Translations under genes and position numbers: made by a program
Notes under the pieces: generated by a model
What the model was told of the DNA's origin: nothing
The model's input: only the letters and a program-made list of their open reading frames with translations
The model's database searches: none
Shown here: positions 9,085-17,239 of the stretch, piece after piece
Position numbering within the stretch: position 1 is the stretch's first letter
Layout: the number at the start of each line of letters is the position of its first letter
Source: an uncultured Clostridia bacterium
Lineage (GTDB): Bacteria; Bacillota; Clostridia; Christensenellales; Borkfalkiaceae
Assembly (NCBI GenBank): GCA_944346655.1
Contig: CALVMP010000001.1
Location: forward strand, 2,599-66,598
DNA: 64,000 nucleotides
Reading direction: 5' to 3'

Positions 9085-9331
9085 AACCTTATGGCAGAAA
9101 ATCTTGGAATTCAAGCCGGTACAGAGAGGGAAGGCGACCCGCTGAAAGCCGTCCCGCGGAAATTTTCAAGGTATGCGCTGCCCGCCTCTTTTGGCAGGGT
9201 CGGGATCAATACCCCGCGGCAACCCTCCGTTATCGGGTAAAACGAGGCAGTCATATTTTTTGGCTGCAAAGTAAAGTGGAACCGCGTACTTACGCCTTTA
9301 CATACATTGTATGTAGAGGATTTTTTATTTT
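9085..9331 (+). promoter_or_regulatory. T-box leader (cysteine specifier) with terminator
   Basis: AGAGAG bulge motif at 9122-9127. A UGC triplet at 9174-9176 lies on the descending side of stem I. T-box core AAAGUGGAACCGCG lies at about 9272-9286. Terminator CCTTTACATAC / GTATGTAGAGG plus T6 lies at 9294-9331. The leader sits directly upstream of cysE-cysS. Confidence 0.8.
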
Positions 9332-9342
9332 AAGGTATAAAT

Positions 9343-9996
9343 ATGTTTTTTAAAAGATTGCGCATGGATATCAACGCGGCAATGGAAAACGACCCCGCCG
9401 CGCGGAGCAAATTCGAAGTATGGCTTACATATTCGGGCATAAAGGCGCTTTCGCACCACCGCCTTGCCGGCTGGCTGTACAGGCATAATTTAAAGCTTCT
9501 GGCGCGCATTGTCAGCCAGCACTCCAAAAAGGTGACGGGCATCGAAATTCACCCCGCCGCAAAAATCGCCCCGGGCGTGTTCATCGACCACGGCATGGGC
9601 GTGGTGATAGGCGAAACTGCAGAGGTGGGAACGGGCACTGTAATTTATCAGAACTGCACCCTCGGCGGCACGGGCAAGGAGAACGGCAAGCGCCACCCCA
9701 CCGTGGGCGAACACTGCGTCATCTCCGCAGGGGCAAAGGTTCTCGGCGGCATAAAGGTAGGCAACTATGCAAAGGTGGGCGCGGGCGCGGTGGTCTTGCG
9801 CGACGTCCCCGAACACGCCACCGTCGTGGGCATTCCCGCGCGCGTCGTGCGCATAGGCGGCAGCAAGGAGGGGGTCGACCTCTATCAGGATAACTCCGAT
9901 CCCCTGCGCGACGAAGTCTGCGCCCTTCGCGAAAGGATGTTCGCCTTAGAGGAGCAACTGTCGGCAATCAAAAATAGTAAGGAAAGTAAGGAATAA
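9343..9996 (+). CDS. cysE: serine O-acetyltransferase
   Basis: SAT N-terminal helix region (DPAARSKFEVWLTYSGIKALSHHRLAGWL) plus hexapeptide repeats (IDHGMGVVIGETAEVG, GKRHPTVGEHCVISAGAKVLG). Confidence 0.9.
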   Translation: MFFKRLRMDINAAMENDPAARSKFEVWLTYSGIKALSHHRLAGWLYRHNLKLLARIVSQHSKKVTGIEIHPAAKIAPGVFIDHGMGVVIGETAEVGTGTVIYQNCTLGGTGKENGKRHPTVGEHCVISAGAKVLGGIKVGNYAKVGAGAVVLRDVPEHATVVGIPARVVRIGGSKEGVDLYQDNSDPLRDEVCALRERMFALEEQLSAIKNSKESKE

Positions 9997-9998
9997 TT

Positions 9999-11396
9999 AT
10001 GAAGATATATAATACATTGACGAGGACTAAAGAAGAGTTTGTTCCCTTGGAGGAGGGCAGGGTAAAAATGTACGCCTGCGGCATAACCGTTTCGGGCGAA
10101 GCCCACATAGGGCACGGCTTCCAGGCGCTCATATACGACATTATGAGAAAGTACCTCGAAAAGAAGGGGTACAAAGTGACCTACGCCCGCAACTATACCG
10201 ACGTCGACGACAAGATAATCGCCCGTGCGAACGCGGAGGGGGTGCCCGCCGACGAGTACGCCGCAAAGATGATTGAGCGCATCGACAAGGTCATGCGCGA
10301 AATGGCGATAGACGACCCCACCGTCTGGCTCAAAGCGACGGAAAATATAGGCAATATCGAGGATTTTATCACCAAGCTCATTCAAAGCGGACATGCCTAT
10401 GCTGCTCCCTCGGGCGATGTTTATTTCGACGTTAGCTCCTTCCCCGGCTACGGATGCCTTTCCAACCGCTCGGTGGAGGATATGCTCGACGGCGTGCGCG
10501 TCGAAAACGCCGAGGACAAGAGGAATCCCGCCGACTTCGCGCTGTGGAAGGCGGCAAAGCCGGGCGAAATTTCGTGGGATTCCCCCTGGGGCAAGGGCAG
10601 ACCGGGCTGGCACATAGAGTGCTCCGCCATGAACCGCGCCGCCTTCGGCGAACAGATAGATATCCACGGCGGCGGCAGGGACCTCATATTCCCCCACCAC
10701 GAAAACGAGATCGCCCAAACGGAATCGCTCACCGGCAAGCGGTTTGTAAAGTACTGGACGCACAACGGGCTAATCAAGGTCAACGGGCAAAAAATGTCAA
10801 AGTCGCTCGGCAACTCGCTTCTTTTAGAGGACCTTTTAAAGAAGTATACCAACGAAGCTATAAAATTTGCCCTGCTCCAGACCAACTACCGCAACGACAT
10901 AAACATAACCGATACCCTCTTCCCCGAAGCCGAAAGGCACCTCACATCCTTTTACAATATCTTGAACGCCGTCGAGGCTAAATTCGGCAAGGGCGAGGCG
11001 AATGTCCCCGAAATCGACGATAAGTTCAACGCCGCCATGGACGACGACTTCAACACCGCGCTCGCGCTGTCCAACCTCTTTTCGCTCTTCAAAGGGGTTT
11101 CGGCAAAGCTCAACGCAGGCGATAAATCCTGCGCCGACGACTGCGCACAGATACGTAAAACCTACTCGCTCTTGGGGTTGTTTAGAAAGGAATGTAAGGA
11201 TTACCTTACTGAAGTTGCCCGAAAGAATCCCGCGGGCGATATCCCCGAGGAGGTAAAGGAGCTTGCCGAAAAGCGCTGGCAGGCAAAGCTTGCAAAAAAC
11301 TGGGCCGTCGCCGACGAACTCCGCGCAAAATTAGACTCCCTCGGCTACACCGTCAAGGATTCGAAAGAGGGATATATTTTAGAGGTTAGGGGTTAG
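9999..11396 (+). CDS. cysS: cysteine--tRNA ligase
   Basis: HIGH-type motif GEAHIGHG and KMSKS motif KMSKSLGN. Length is 465 aa. The last codons and the stop lie inside a heptad repeat array. Confidence 0.95.
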   Translation: MKIYNTLTRTKEEFVPLEEGRVKMYACGITVSGEAHIGHGFQALIYDIMRKYLEKKGYKVTYARNYTDVDDKIIARANAEGVPADEYAAKMIERIDKVMREMAIDDPTVWLKATENIGNIEDFITKLIQSGHAYAAPSGDVYFDVSSFPGYGCLSNRSVEDMLDGVRVENAEDKRNPADFALWKAAKPGEISWDSPWGKGRPGWHIECSAMNRAAFGEQIDIHGGGRDLIFPHHENEIAQTESLTGKRFVKYWTHNGLIKVNGQKMSKSLGNSLLLEDLLKKYTNEAIKFALLQTNYRNDINITDTLFPEAERHLTSFYNILNAVEAKFGKGEANVPEIDDKFNAAMDDDFNTALALSNLFSLFKGVSAKLNAGDKSCADDCAQIRKTYSLLGLFRKECKDYLTEVARKNPAGDIPEEVKELAEKRWQAKLAKNWAVADELRAKLDSLGYTVKDSKEGYILEVRG

Positions 11397-11815
11397 AGAT
11401 TAGGGGATAGTGAATAGGGTCGAAAGATTTCTTCGGTCTGTCATCCTGCGCTGCGCTTGCGTGGAATGACAATATTATTTTAGAAAGACAATCCCCCCTT
11501 ATTCCCCCCTTTACACAAGGGGGGCTCGGTTGATAATTCTCAAGGCTCCCTTGTGTAAAGGGAGCTGTCGCGGAGCGACTGAGGGATTGTTCTTCCTTGG
11601 TCGACAGGTTTCTTCGGTCTGTCATCCTGAGCCTGTCGAAGGATCTCTTTATAAATGCTCGGTCGACTATTCCAATATTACTCACCACAATAAGACGAGC
11701 TGGATTTATTAAACCGCGCAAGATTGCGGAGCACGCATGCAACGTCACGTTGCCAATTCATGCAAGCGTAGCTTGTAATTTCATTTTTTGTTGCAACAAA
11801 AATTCTTAAATTCCC
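11385..11815. repeat. mosaic intergenic repeat block A (heptad array, duplicated 31-nt module, 15-bp inverted repeat, TCACCACAAT core, hairpin+AATTCAT units, 18-nt palindrome)
   Basis: Sub-modules recur elsewhere in the window (23597-23653, 39783-40043, 51453-51485). No credible coding potential. Details are in the findings. Confidence 0.8.
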
Positions 11816-11825
11816 CCGTGCGCGT

Positions 11826-11854
11826 TTGACGAAAGGGCGTACAGGTTGTATAAT
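11826..11854 (+). promoter_or_regulatory. alaS promoter
   Basis: TTGACG at 11826-11831, a 17-nt spacer, then TATAAT at 11849-11854. Confidence 0.65.
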
Positions 11855-11884
11855 ATTGCAGGTATTAAATTCAAGGATAAATTT

Positions 11885-13687
11885 ATGAAAGAGTTGACAA
11901 GCGAAAGCTTAAGAAGTTTATATCTCAATTTCTTTAAGGAAAGGGGTCATGCCGTAATCCCTTCGGCTTCCCTCATTCCCGAAAACGACCCCACGGTGCT
12001 CTTCACCACGGCGGGCATGCACCCTTTAGTGCCCTATCTTCTGGGCGAAAAACACCCCGCGGGCAACAGGCTCACCGACGTGCAGAAGTGCGTCCGCACG
12101 GGCGATATCGACGAGGTGGGCGACGCGTCGCACTGCACTTTCTTTGAAATGCTCGGCAACTGGTCTTTGGGCGACTACTTCAAGGAACAGATGATCCCCT
12201 GGTCGTTCGAATTTTTAACCTCGCCCGAATATTTGGGTATTCCCGTTGAGGATATCGCCATCACCTGCTTTGCGGGCGATGAGGACTGCCCCCGCGACGA
12301 CGAGTCGGCAAACAAATGGATTGAGTGCGGCATAAACCCCAGGCACATATTCTTCCTTCCTAAGAGCGGCAACTGGTGGGGTCCCGCGGGCACAACCGGT
12401 CCCTGCGGTCCCGACACCGAAATGCACATAATCCGCAATCATGCAGAAGCGGACAAGCTCGGACCCTACGACTTCGATAAAGCCCCCGCGGGCACCTTCC
12501 TCGAGATATGGAACGACGTGTTCATGCAGTACAACAAGACTGCCGAGGGCAAGTACGAGCCCTTAAAGCAGCGCAACGTCGATACCGGCATGGGTCTGGA
12601 GCGCACGCTGTGCATTCTCAACAACAAGGCGAGCGTGTACGAGACGGATATCTTCGAGGGCGCGATTGCAAAAATCGAAGAGCTCACGGGCTTAAAATAT
12701 GGTCAGGACGAGGAGACTACAAAGGCTTTCCGCGTAGTTCTGGACCACGTCCGCACGGCAACCTTCATGCTCGGCGACACCAAGGGCATAGTTCCCTCCA
12801 ACACCGACCAGGGCTACATTTTAAGAAGAATAATCCGCCGCGCCGTGCGCTTCGGCAGAAACATAGGCCTGCCCCAGGGCGCACTCAACGAAGTTTCTAA
12901 AACCATAATAAATAAATACGCCGAAGTCTATCCCGAGCTCGTCGCAAATTCTTCAAAGATAGAGGAAGAGCTCAATAAGGAGGAAAGCAAGTTCTCCAAA
13001 ACGCTCGCGCAGGGCTTAAAGGAGTTTGAAAAAGTCGCCTCCGCAAAGTCCGCGGGCGAAACCATAGACGGCGTTACGGTGTTCCATTTGTACGACACCT
13101 ACGGCTTCCCCGTCGAAATCACGCAGGAGATGGCGAGGGAAAAGGGGCTCACCGTCGACGTCGAAGGGTACAACAGGGCGTTTGCCGAACACCAGGCAAA
13201 GTCCCGCGCAGGCAGCGAGCAGAAGTTCGCCTGCGGTCTTGCAGACCACAAGGAGGAAACGACATATCTGCACACCGCAACCCACCTTCTGCACGCGGCG
13301 TTAAAAAAGGTATGCTCGCCCGATATCGAACAGCGCGGCTCCAACATAACCGAAGAAAGGCTTCGCTTTGACTTCAACTTCTCGAGAAAGCTCACCCCAG
13401 AAGAGGTTGCAAAGGTCGAAGAGGAAGTAAACGCCGTCATAAAGGCGGATATCCCCGTGGTAATGAAGGAAATGTCCTTAGAGGAAGCCAAAGCCGAACA
13501 CTTCACGGGTCTGTTCGAAAGCAAGTACGGCGAACGCGTTAAAACCTATTCCATAGGCGACTTTTCCAAGGAGATCTGTGGCGGACCCCATGCCGAGCAC
13601 ACGGGGCAGCTGGGCACCTTCAAAATCGTCAAGCAGGAAAACGTCTCCGCTGGCGTAAAGAGAATAAAGGCTGTGCTTATAAAGTAA
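11885..13687 (+). CDS. alaS: alanine--tRNA ligase, short form (catalytic, tRNA-recognition and editing domains; no C-Ala domain)
   Basis: The N-terminus contains FFKERGHAVIPSASLIPENDPTVLFTTAGM and FFEMLGNWSLGDYFK. The editing-domain motifs HTATHLLHAAL and CGGPH are present. The ORF stops right after GVKRIKAVLIK. The start is ATG 11885, downstream of the promoter. Confidence 0.9.
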   Translation: MKELTSESLRSLYLNFFKERGHAVIPSASLIPENDPTVLFTTAGMHPLVPYLLGEKHPAGNRLTDVQKCVRTGDIDEVGDASHCTFFEMLGNWSLGDYFKEQMIPWSFEFLTSPEYLGIPVEDIAITCFAGDEDCPRDDESANKWIECGINPRHIFFLPKSGNWWGPAGTTGPCGPDTEMHIIRNHAEADKLGPYDFDKAPAGTFLEIWNDVFMQYNKTAEGKYEPLKQRNVDTGMGLERTLCILNNKASVYETDIFEGAIAKIEELTGLKYGQDEETTKAFRVVLDHVRTATFMLGDTKGIVPSNTDQGYILRRIIRRAVRFGRNIGLPQGALNEVSKTIINKYAEVYPELVANSSKIEEELNKEESKFSKTLAQGLKEFEKVASAKSAGETIDGVTVFHLYDTYGFPVEITQEMAREKGLTVDVEGYNRAFAEHQAKSRAGSEQKFACGLADHKEETTYLHTATHLLHAALKKVCSPDIEQRGSNITEERLRFDFNFSRKLTPEEVAKVEEEVNAVIKADIPVVMKEMSLEEAKAEHFTGLFESKYGERVKTYSIGDFSKEICGGPHAEHTGQLGTFKIVKQENVSAGVKRIKAVLIK

Positions 13688-13695
13688 AATAATTC

Positions 13696-13733
13696 AAATT
13701 CCGCCTTTCGGCTATCACCCGCAGGCGGAATTT
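13696..13733 (+). terminator. hairpin after alaS (weak U-tract)
   Basis: 11-bp stem AAATTCCGCCT / AGGCGGAATTT with a 16-nt loop. Confidence 0.5.
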
Positions 13734-13920
13734 ATCTTTAGGGGCAATATTCAGCCATATGCCGACAGATTTTCCGAAGTCGGGGGGGGTACGGTTCAAT
13801 CCCTGCGGATTTTTGGTAAGGCGCCCTTTTACCTCATTTTGACGGAAAATTCCCTTAAAACGCCCCGAAAAAATTATTTTCAATTTTTCAAAAAACTTTG
13901 AAAACGCAATATAAAACGGC

Positions 13921-13949
13921 TTGACATAAATTTCATTTAATAATAAAAT
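13921..13949 (+). promoter_or_regulatory. rplM-rpsI promoter
   Basis: TTGACA at 13921-13926, a 17-nt spacer, then TAAAAT at 13944-13949. Confidence 0.7.
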
Positions 13950-14026
13950 AGTTTTACATTGAAAAAAACGGAACAGAAATTACGAAAAACGGTCAGTTTT
14001 TAAGAGAATAAGTCAAGGAGTAAACA

Positions 14027-14458
14027 ATGAAAACGTATATGGCAAATGCCCAGACAGTTGAAAGAAAGTGGTACGTTGTCGATGCGGCCGGCGTTCCTTT
14101 GGGAAGACTTGCTTCCAAGGTAGCAGCCATTCTTCGCGGCAAAAATAAGCCCACTTTTACGCCCAATGTCGACACGGGCGATTTTGTGATAGTAATAAAT
14201 ACCGATAAGGTAGTTCTTACGGGTAAAAAGCTCACCGATAAGTACTATCGTTATCACACCGGCTATATCGGCGGCTTAAAGGAGATCTCCTACAAAAAGA
14301 TGCTCGCCGAAAAGAGCGACCTCGCAGTTTACGAAGCGGTGAGGGGCATGCTTCCCAAAAATTCGCTCGGCAGAGATATGATAAGAAAGCTCAGGGTGTA
14401 CAAGGACGGCAACCACAACCACGCCGCACAGAAGCCCGAAGAGCTCAAGTTATTTTAA
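14027..14458 (+). CDS. rplM: 50S ribosomal protein L13 (uL13)
   Basis: Starts [20 protein letters not shown] and contains [21 protein letters not shown], the canonical uL13 sequence. Confidence 0.97.
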   Translation: MKTYMANAQTVERKWYVVDAAGVPLGRLASKVAAILRGKNKPTFTPNVDTGDFVIVINTDKVVLTGKKLTDKYYRYHTGYIGGLKEISYKKMLAEKSDLAVYEAVRGMLPKNSLGRDMIRKLRVYKDGNHNHAAQKPEELKLF

Positions 14459-14477
14459 AAGGGGTTAATGAACAGGT

Positions 14478-14891
14478 ATGGCAAAGGCTAATTTAAAGAA
14501 AAAATTGCAGTTCTGGGGAACGGGCAGAAGAAAGAAGGCAATCGCCCGCGTTCGCCTCATTCCCGCAGGAACGGGTACCATAGTTATCAACGACAGAGCT
14601 TTCGAGGACTATTTCCCTCAGTCGGTTCTTCAGTACGTTGTTAAGCAGCCCTTAGCTCTTCTCGGAGCCGAGGCTAAGTACGACGTAATGGTCAATGTAT
14701 ACGGCGGCGGTTACACCGGTCAGGCAAACGCCATCCGTCTCGGCATTGCCCGCGCACTCCTTCAGGCAGAGCCCGATTCAAGGGCGGCTTTAAAGAAGGA
14801 AGGCTTCTTAACCCGCGACCCCCGCGTCAAGGAAAGAAAGAAGTACGGTCTCAAAAAGGCCCGTCGCGCACCCCAGTTCTCAAAGAGATAA
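14478..14891 (+). CDS. rpsI: 30S ribosomal protein S9 (uS9)
   Basis: Contains [12 protein letters not shown] and [19 protein letters not shown], and ends in [12 protein letters not shown]. Confidence 0.97.
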   Translation: MAKANLKKKLQFWGTGRRKKAIARVRLIPAGTGTIVINDRAFEDYFPQSVLQYVVKQPLALLGAEAKYDVMVNVYGGGYTGQANAIRLGIARALLQAEPDSRAALKKEGFLTRDPRVKERKKYGLKKARRAPQFSKR

Positions 14892-14899
14892 TTTTTCAA

Positions 14900-14931
14900 A
14901 AGGATACCCCCGCGGGTATCCTTAAATTTTT
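14900..14931 (+). terminator. rho-independent terminator after rpsI
   Basis: Stem AAGGATACCC / GGGTATCCTT with a 4-nt loop, followed by AAATTTTT. Confidence 0.7.
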
Positions 14932-15076
14932 AATTTGCGCCGCGGCAAATTTTTCGCGGCGTAATTTCATGCCCGCGGGGCATATAACGGCATGCAATCA
15001 AGGCATTGCCCTCTTCGCTTAAAGTATCGCCTGCGCGGTTATATAATAGGTGTAAGAAAATTTTTACGGAGTAGCT

Positions 15077-15937
15077 ATGAAGCAATTTAAAAGACGCATT
15101 TTCACGGGCGAACGAGCCTTATTCAATCAAAACGGAGTAACCCTTTCGGAGTGCACCTTTGAGGACGGCGAATCGCCCTTAAAGGAGGGCAAAAATATCT
15201 CTGCCGACAGCTGCGCCTTCAGGTGGAAGTATCCCCTGTGGTACTGCGACGGGGTAAGGGTGACCAACTCAACCCTCTTCGATACCGCCCGCGCCGGCAT
15301 ATGGTACACCAAAAACATATCCATGCGCGACTGCATAGTCGAAGCTCCCAAAACTTTCAGAAGATGCGCAAACCTCACGCTTGAAAATGTAACCATTCCC
15401 GACGCTCAGGAAACGCTGTGGAGCTGTTCGGACGTGACTATGACCAATGTAACCGCCCGCGGCGACTATCTTGCCATGAACGGCAAACGCTTTGTCGTTA
15501 AGGATTGCACCATTCTTTCCAACTACTGTTTCGACGGCGCCGAGGATATAACCATAGAAAACTGCAAACTGCTTGCCAAGGACGCCTTCTGGAACAGTAA
15601 AAACGTCACGGTCAAAAATTCCTACATATCGGGCGAATATCTCGGCTGGAACGCGCAGAACCTCACCCTTGAAAACTGCACGATAGAGAGCTTGCAGGGT
15701 CTGTGCTACATAAAGGGCTTAAGGCTTGTCAACTGCCGCCTTATAAACACCACGCTCGCCTTCGAATATTCGGAGGTCGACGCCGACATAAGCGGCGGGG
15801 TGGGCAGCGTAAAAAATCCCTCCTCGGGGCGCATCGTCGCCGACTCCTTCGGCGAGATAATAATGGAGGAGGACAAGGTAAACACCTCGCTCACCACAAT
15901 TGAGGTGCGCGGCAAGGGCAGGGAGAAATCGGCATGA
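15077..15937 (+). CDS. DUF3737 family protein (right-handed beta-helix-like repeats)
   Basis: Contains GERALF, GESPLKEGKNI and YPLWY, plus repeated short units containing N-x-T/N-x-S triplets (VTNST, NLTLENVT, VTMTNVT, NVTVKNS, NLTLENCT). Confidence 0.7.
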   Translation: MKQFKRRIFTGERALFNQNGVTLSECTFEDGESPLKEGKNISADSCAFRWKYPLWYCDGVRVTNSTLFDTARAGIWYTKNISMRDCIVEAPKTFRRCANLTLENVTIPDAQETLWSCSDVTMTNVTARGDYLAMNGKRFVVKDCTILSNYCFDGAEDITIENCKLLAKDAFWNSKNVTVKNSYISGEYLGWNAQNLTLENCTIESLQGLCYIKGLRLVNCRLINTTLAFEYSEVDADISGGVGSVKNPSSGRIVADSFGEIIMEEDKVNTSLTTIEVRGKGREKSA

Positions 15938-17094
15938 AATATAACTTCGATAAGCTCACCGACAGGCGGGGCGTGAATTCCTTAAAGTGGGACTGCGCCG
16001 TGGGCGAGTTGCCCATGTGGGTGGCTGACATGGACTTTGAAAACGCGCCCTGCATTCAGAAGGCTGTGGAAGAGAGGGCAAAGAAGGGCATTTTCGGCTA
16101 CACCGTCGTGGATGAGGAGTGGTACAACTCCATAATAAACTGGTGGTCCCGCCGCCACAACTGGCACATTCAAAGGGACTGGCTGATATTCTGTACGGGC
16201 ATAGTGCCCGCCATAACCTCCATGGTCAAGCGCCTTTCGGAGGTGGGCGACGACGTCGTCATTTTGACCCCCGTGTACGATATCTTCTTCCACTCGGTCG
16301 AAAACACCGGCAGGCATGTCGCCGAAAGCCCCCTCTTATACGACGGGCAGTACTCAATAGACTGGGCGGACCTCGAACAAAAGCTCTCCCGCCCCACGGC
16401 TTCGCTCATGATACTCTGCAACCCCCACAACCCCGTGGGAAAACTGTGGAGCGCGGAGGAGCTCAAACGCATAGGCGACCTCTGCATAAAGCACCATGTA
16501 ACCGTAATTTCCGACGAGATTCACTGCGACATATGCGGCCCCGAAAGCTCATATGTGCCCTTTGCAAGCCTCGGCGAAAAGTATGCCCAAAACTGCGCGG
16601 TGTGCATATCGGCGACAAAGGCGTTCAACATAGCCGGGCTCCAGTGCGCAGCCGTCGCCGTGCCGAATGAGGCGCTCAGGGCAAAGGTGGAAAGGGGGCT
16701 AAACTCCGACGAAGTTGCCGAACCCAACTGCTTTGCCGCCGTCGCAACCTCTGCCGCCTTTGACGGCGGGGAGGAATGGCTGGACGAGCTCAACGCCTAC
16801 ATACTTCAGAACCGCGATTTCGCGGAAAGCTTTTTCAAGGAAAAGCTTTCAAAGCTCCGTCCGGTGCAAGGCAACTCCAGCTATCTTTTATGGGTGGACT
16901 GCTCCGCCGTCACAGGCGACGCAGAGAAACTGTGCGCCCATTTAAGGGCGGATGCGGGGCTTTGGATAACCGCGGGCGGACAGTACCGCGGCAACGGAAA
17001 AAGTTTTGTGCGTATAAACATGGCTTGCCCCCGCGCGCGCCTTGCGGACGGGCTCGAAAGATTGGAGAGGGGATTAAAAACTTTCAAAAACTGA
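15934..17094 (+). CDS. MalY/PatB-type PLP-dependent cystathionine beta-lyase (class I/II aminotransferase fold)
   Basis: Starts MKYNFDKLTDRRGVNSLKWD and contains LCNPHNPVGKLW and SATKAFNIAG (PLP lysine). It overlaps the upstream gene by 4 nt (ATGA). Confidence 0.8.
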   Translation: MKYNFDKLTDRRGVNSLKWDCAVGELPMWVADMDFENAPCIQKAVEERAKKGIFGYTVVDEEWYNSIINWWSRRHNWHIQRDWLIFCTGIVPAITSMVKRLSEVGDDVVILTPVYDIFFHSVENTGRHVAESPLLYDGQYSIDWADLEQKLSRPTASLMILCNPHNPVGKLWSAEELKRIGDLCIKHHVTVISDEIHCDICGPESSYVPFASLGEKYAQNCAVCISATKAFNIAGLQCAAVAVPNEALRAKVERGLNSDEVAEPNCFAAVATSAAFDGGEEWLDELNAYILQNRDFAESFFKEKLSKLRPVQGNSSYLLWVDCSAVTGDAEKLCAHLRADAGLWITAGGQYRGNGKSFVRINMACPRARLADGLERLERGLKTFKN

Positions 17095-17110
17095 ATTTTT
17101 TTCTCTTTCA

Positions 17111-17141
17111 ACCGCCGCCCGCGCTCCGCGCGAGCGGCGGT
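17111..17141. terminator. GC-rich palindromic hairpin (variant of a repeated terminator palindrome)
   Basis: ACCGCCGCCCGCGC-TC-CGCGCGAGCGGCGGT with one mismatch, followed by ACTTTTG. It is related to the identical 25-mers at 18339 and 20676. Confidence 0.6.
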
Positions 17142-17239
17142 ACTTTTGTAAAATTTTTTGTAACCGTATTGACAAACGCCGCATAAATGATACAATGAAG
17201 ATAAGCAATTATGAAAAATTTTCAATGGAGGCATAGATT

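Noticed and set aside
9885-10763. 292-aa ORF on the minus strand.
   Set aside because: It lies entirely antisense to cysS, which has HIGH and KMSKS motifs. It is a typical shadow ORF in GC-rich coding DNA, with an Arg/Gly/Ala-rich, low-information sequence.
11386-11809. Three ORFs (120, 60 and 70 aa) spanning the cysS-alaS intergenic region.
   Set aside because: They are translations of the repeat modules (..APFTQGSL.., ..PLCKGSCRGATEGL.., ..VILSLSKDL..). None has an SD. The same DNA recurs in both orientations elsewhere.
13786-13830. tRNA-like fragment (GGTTCAATCC at 13793-13802 resembles a T-loop).
   Set aside because: No complementary T-stem, acceptor stem, anticodon arm or CCA context can be drawn around it.
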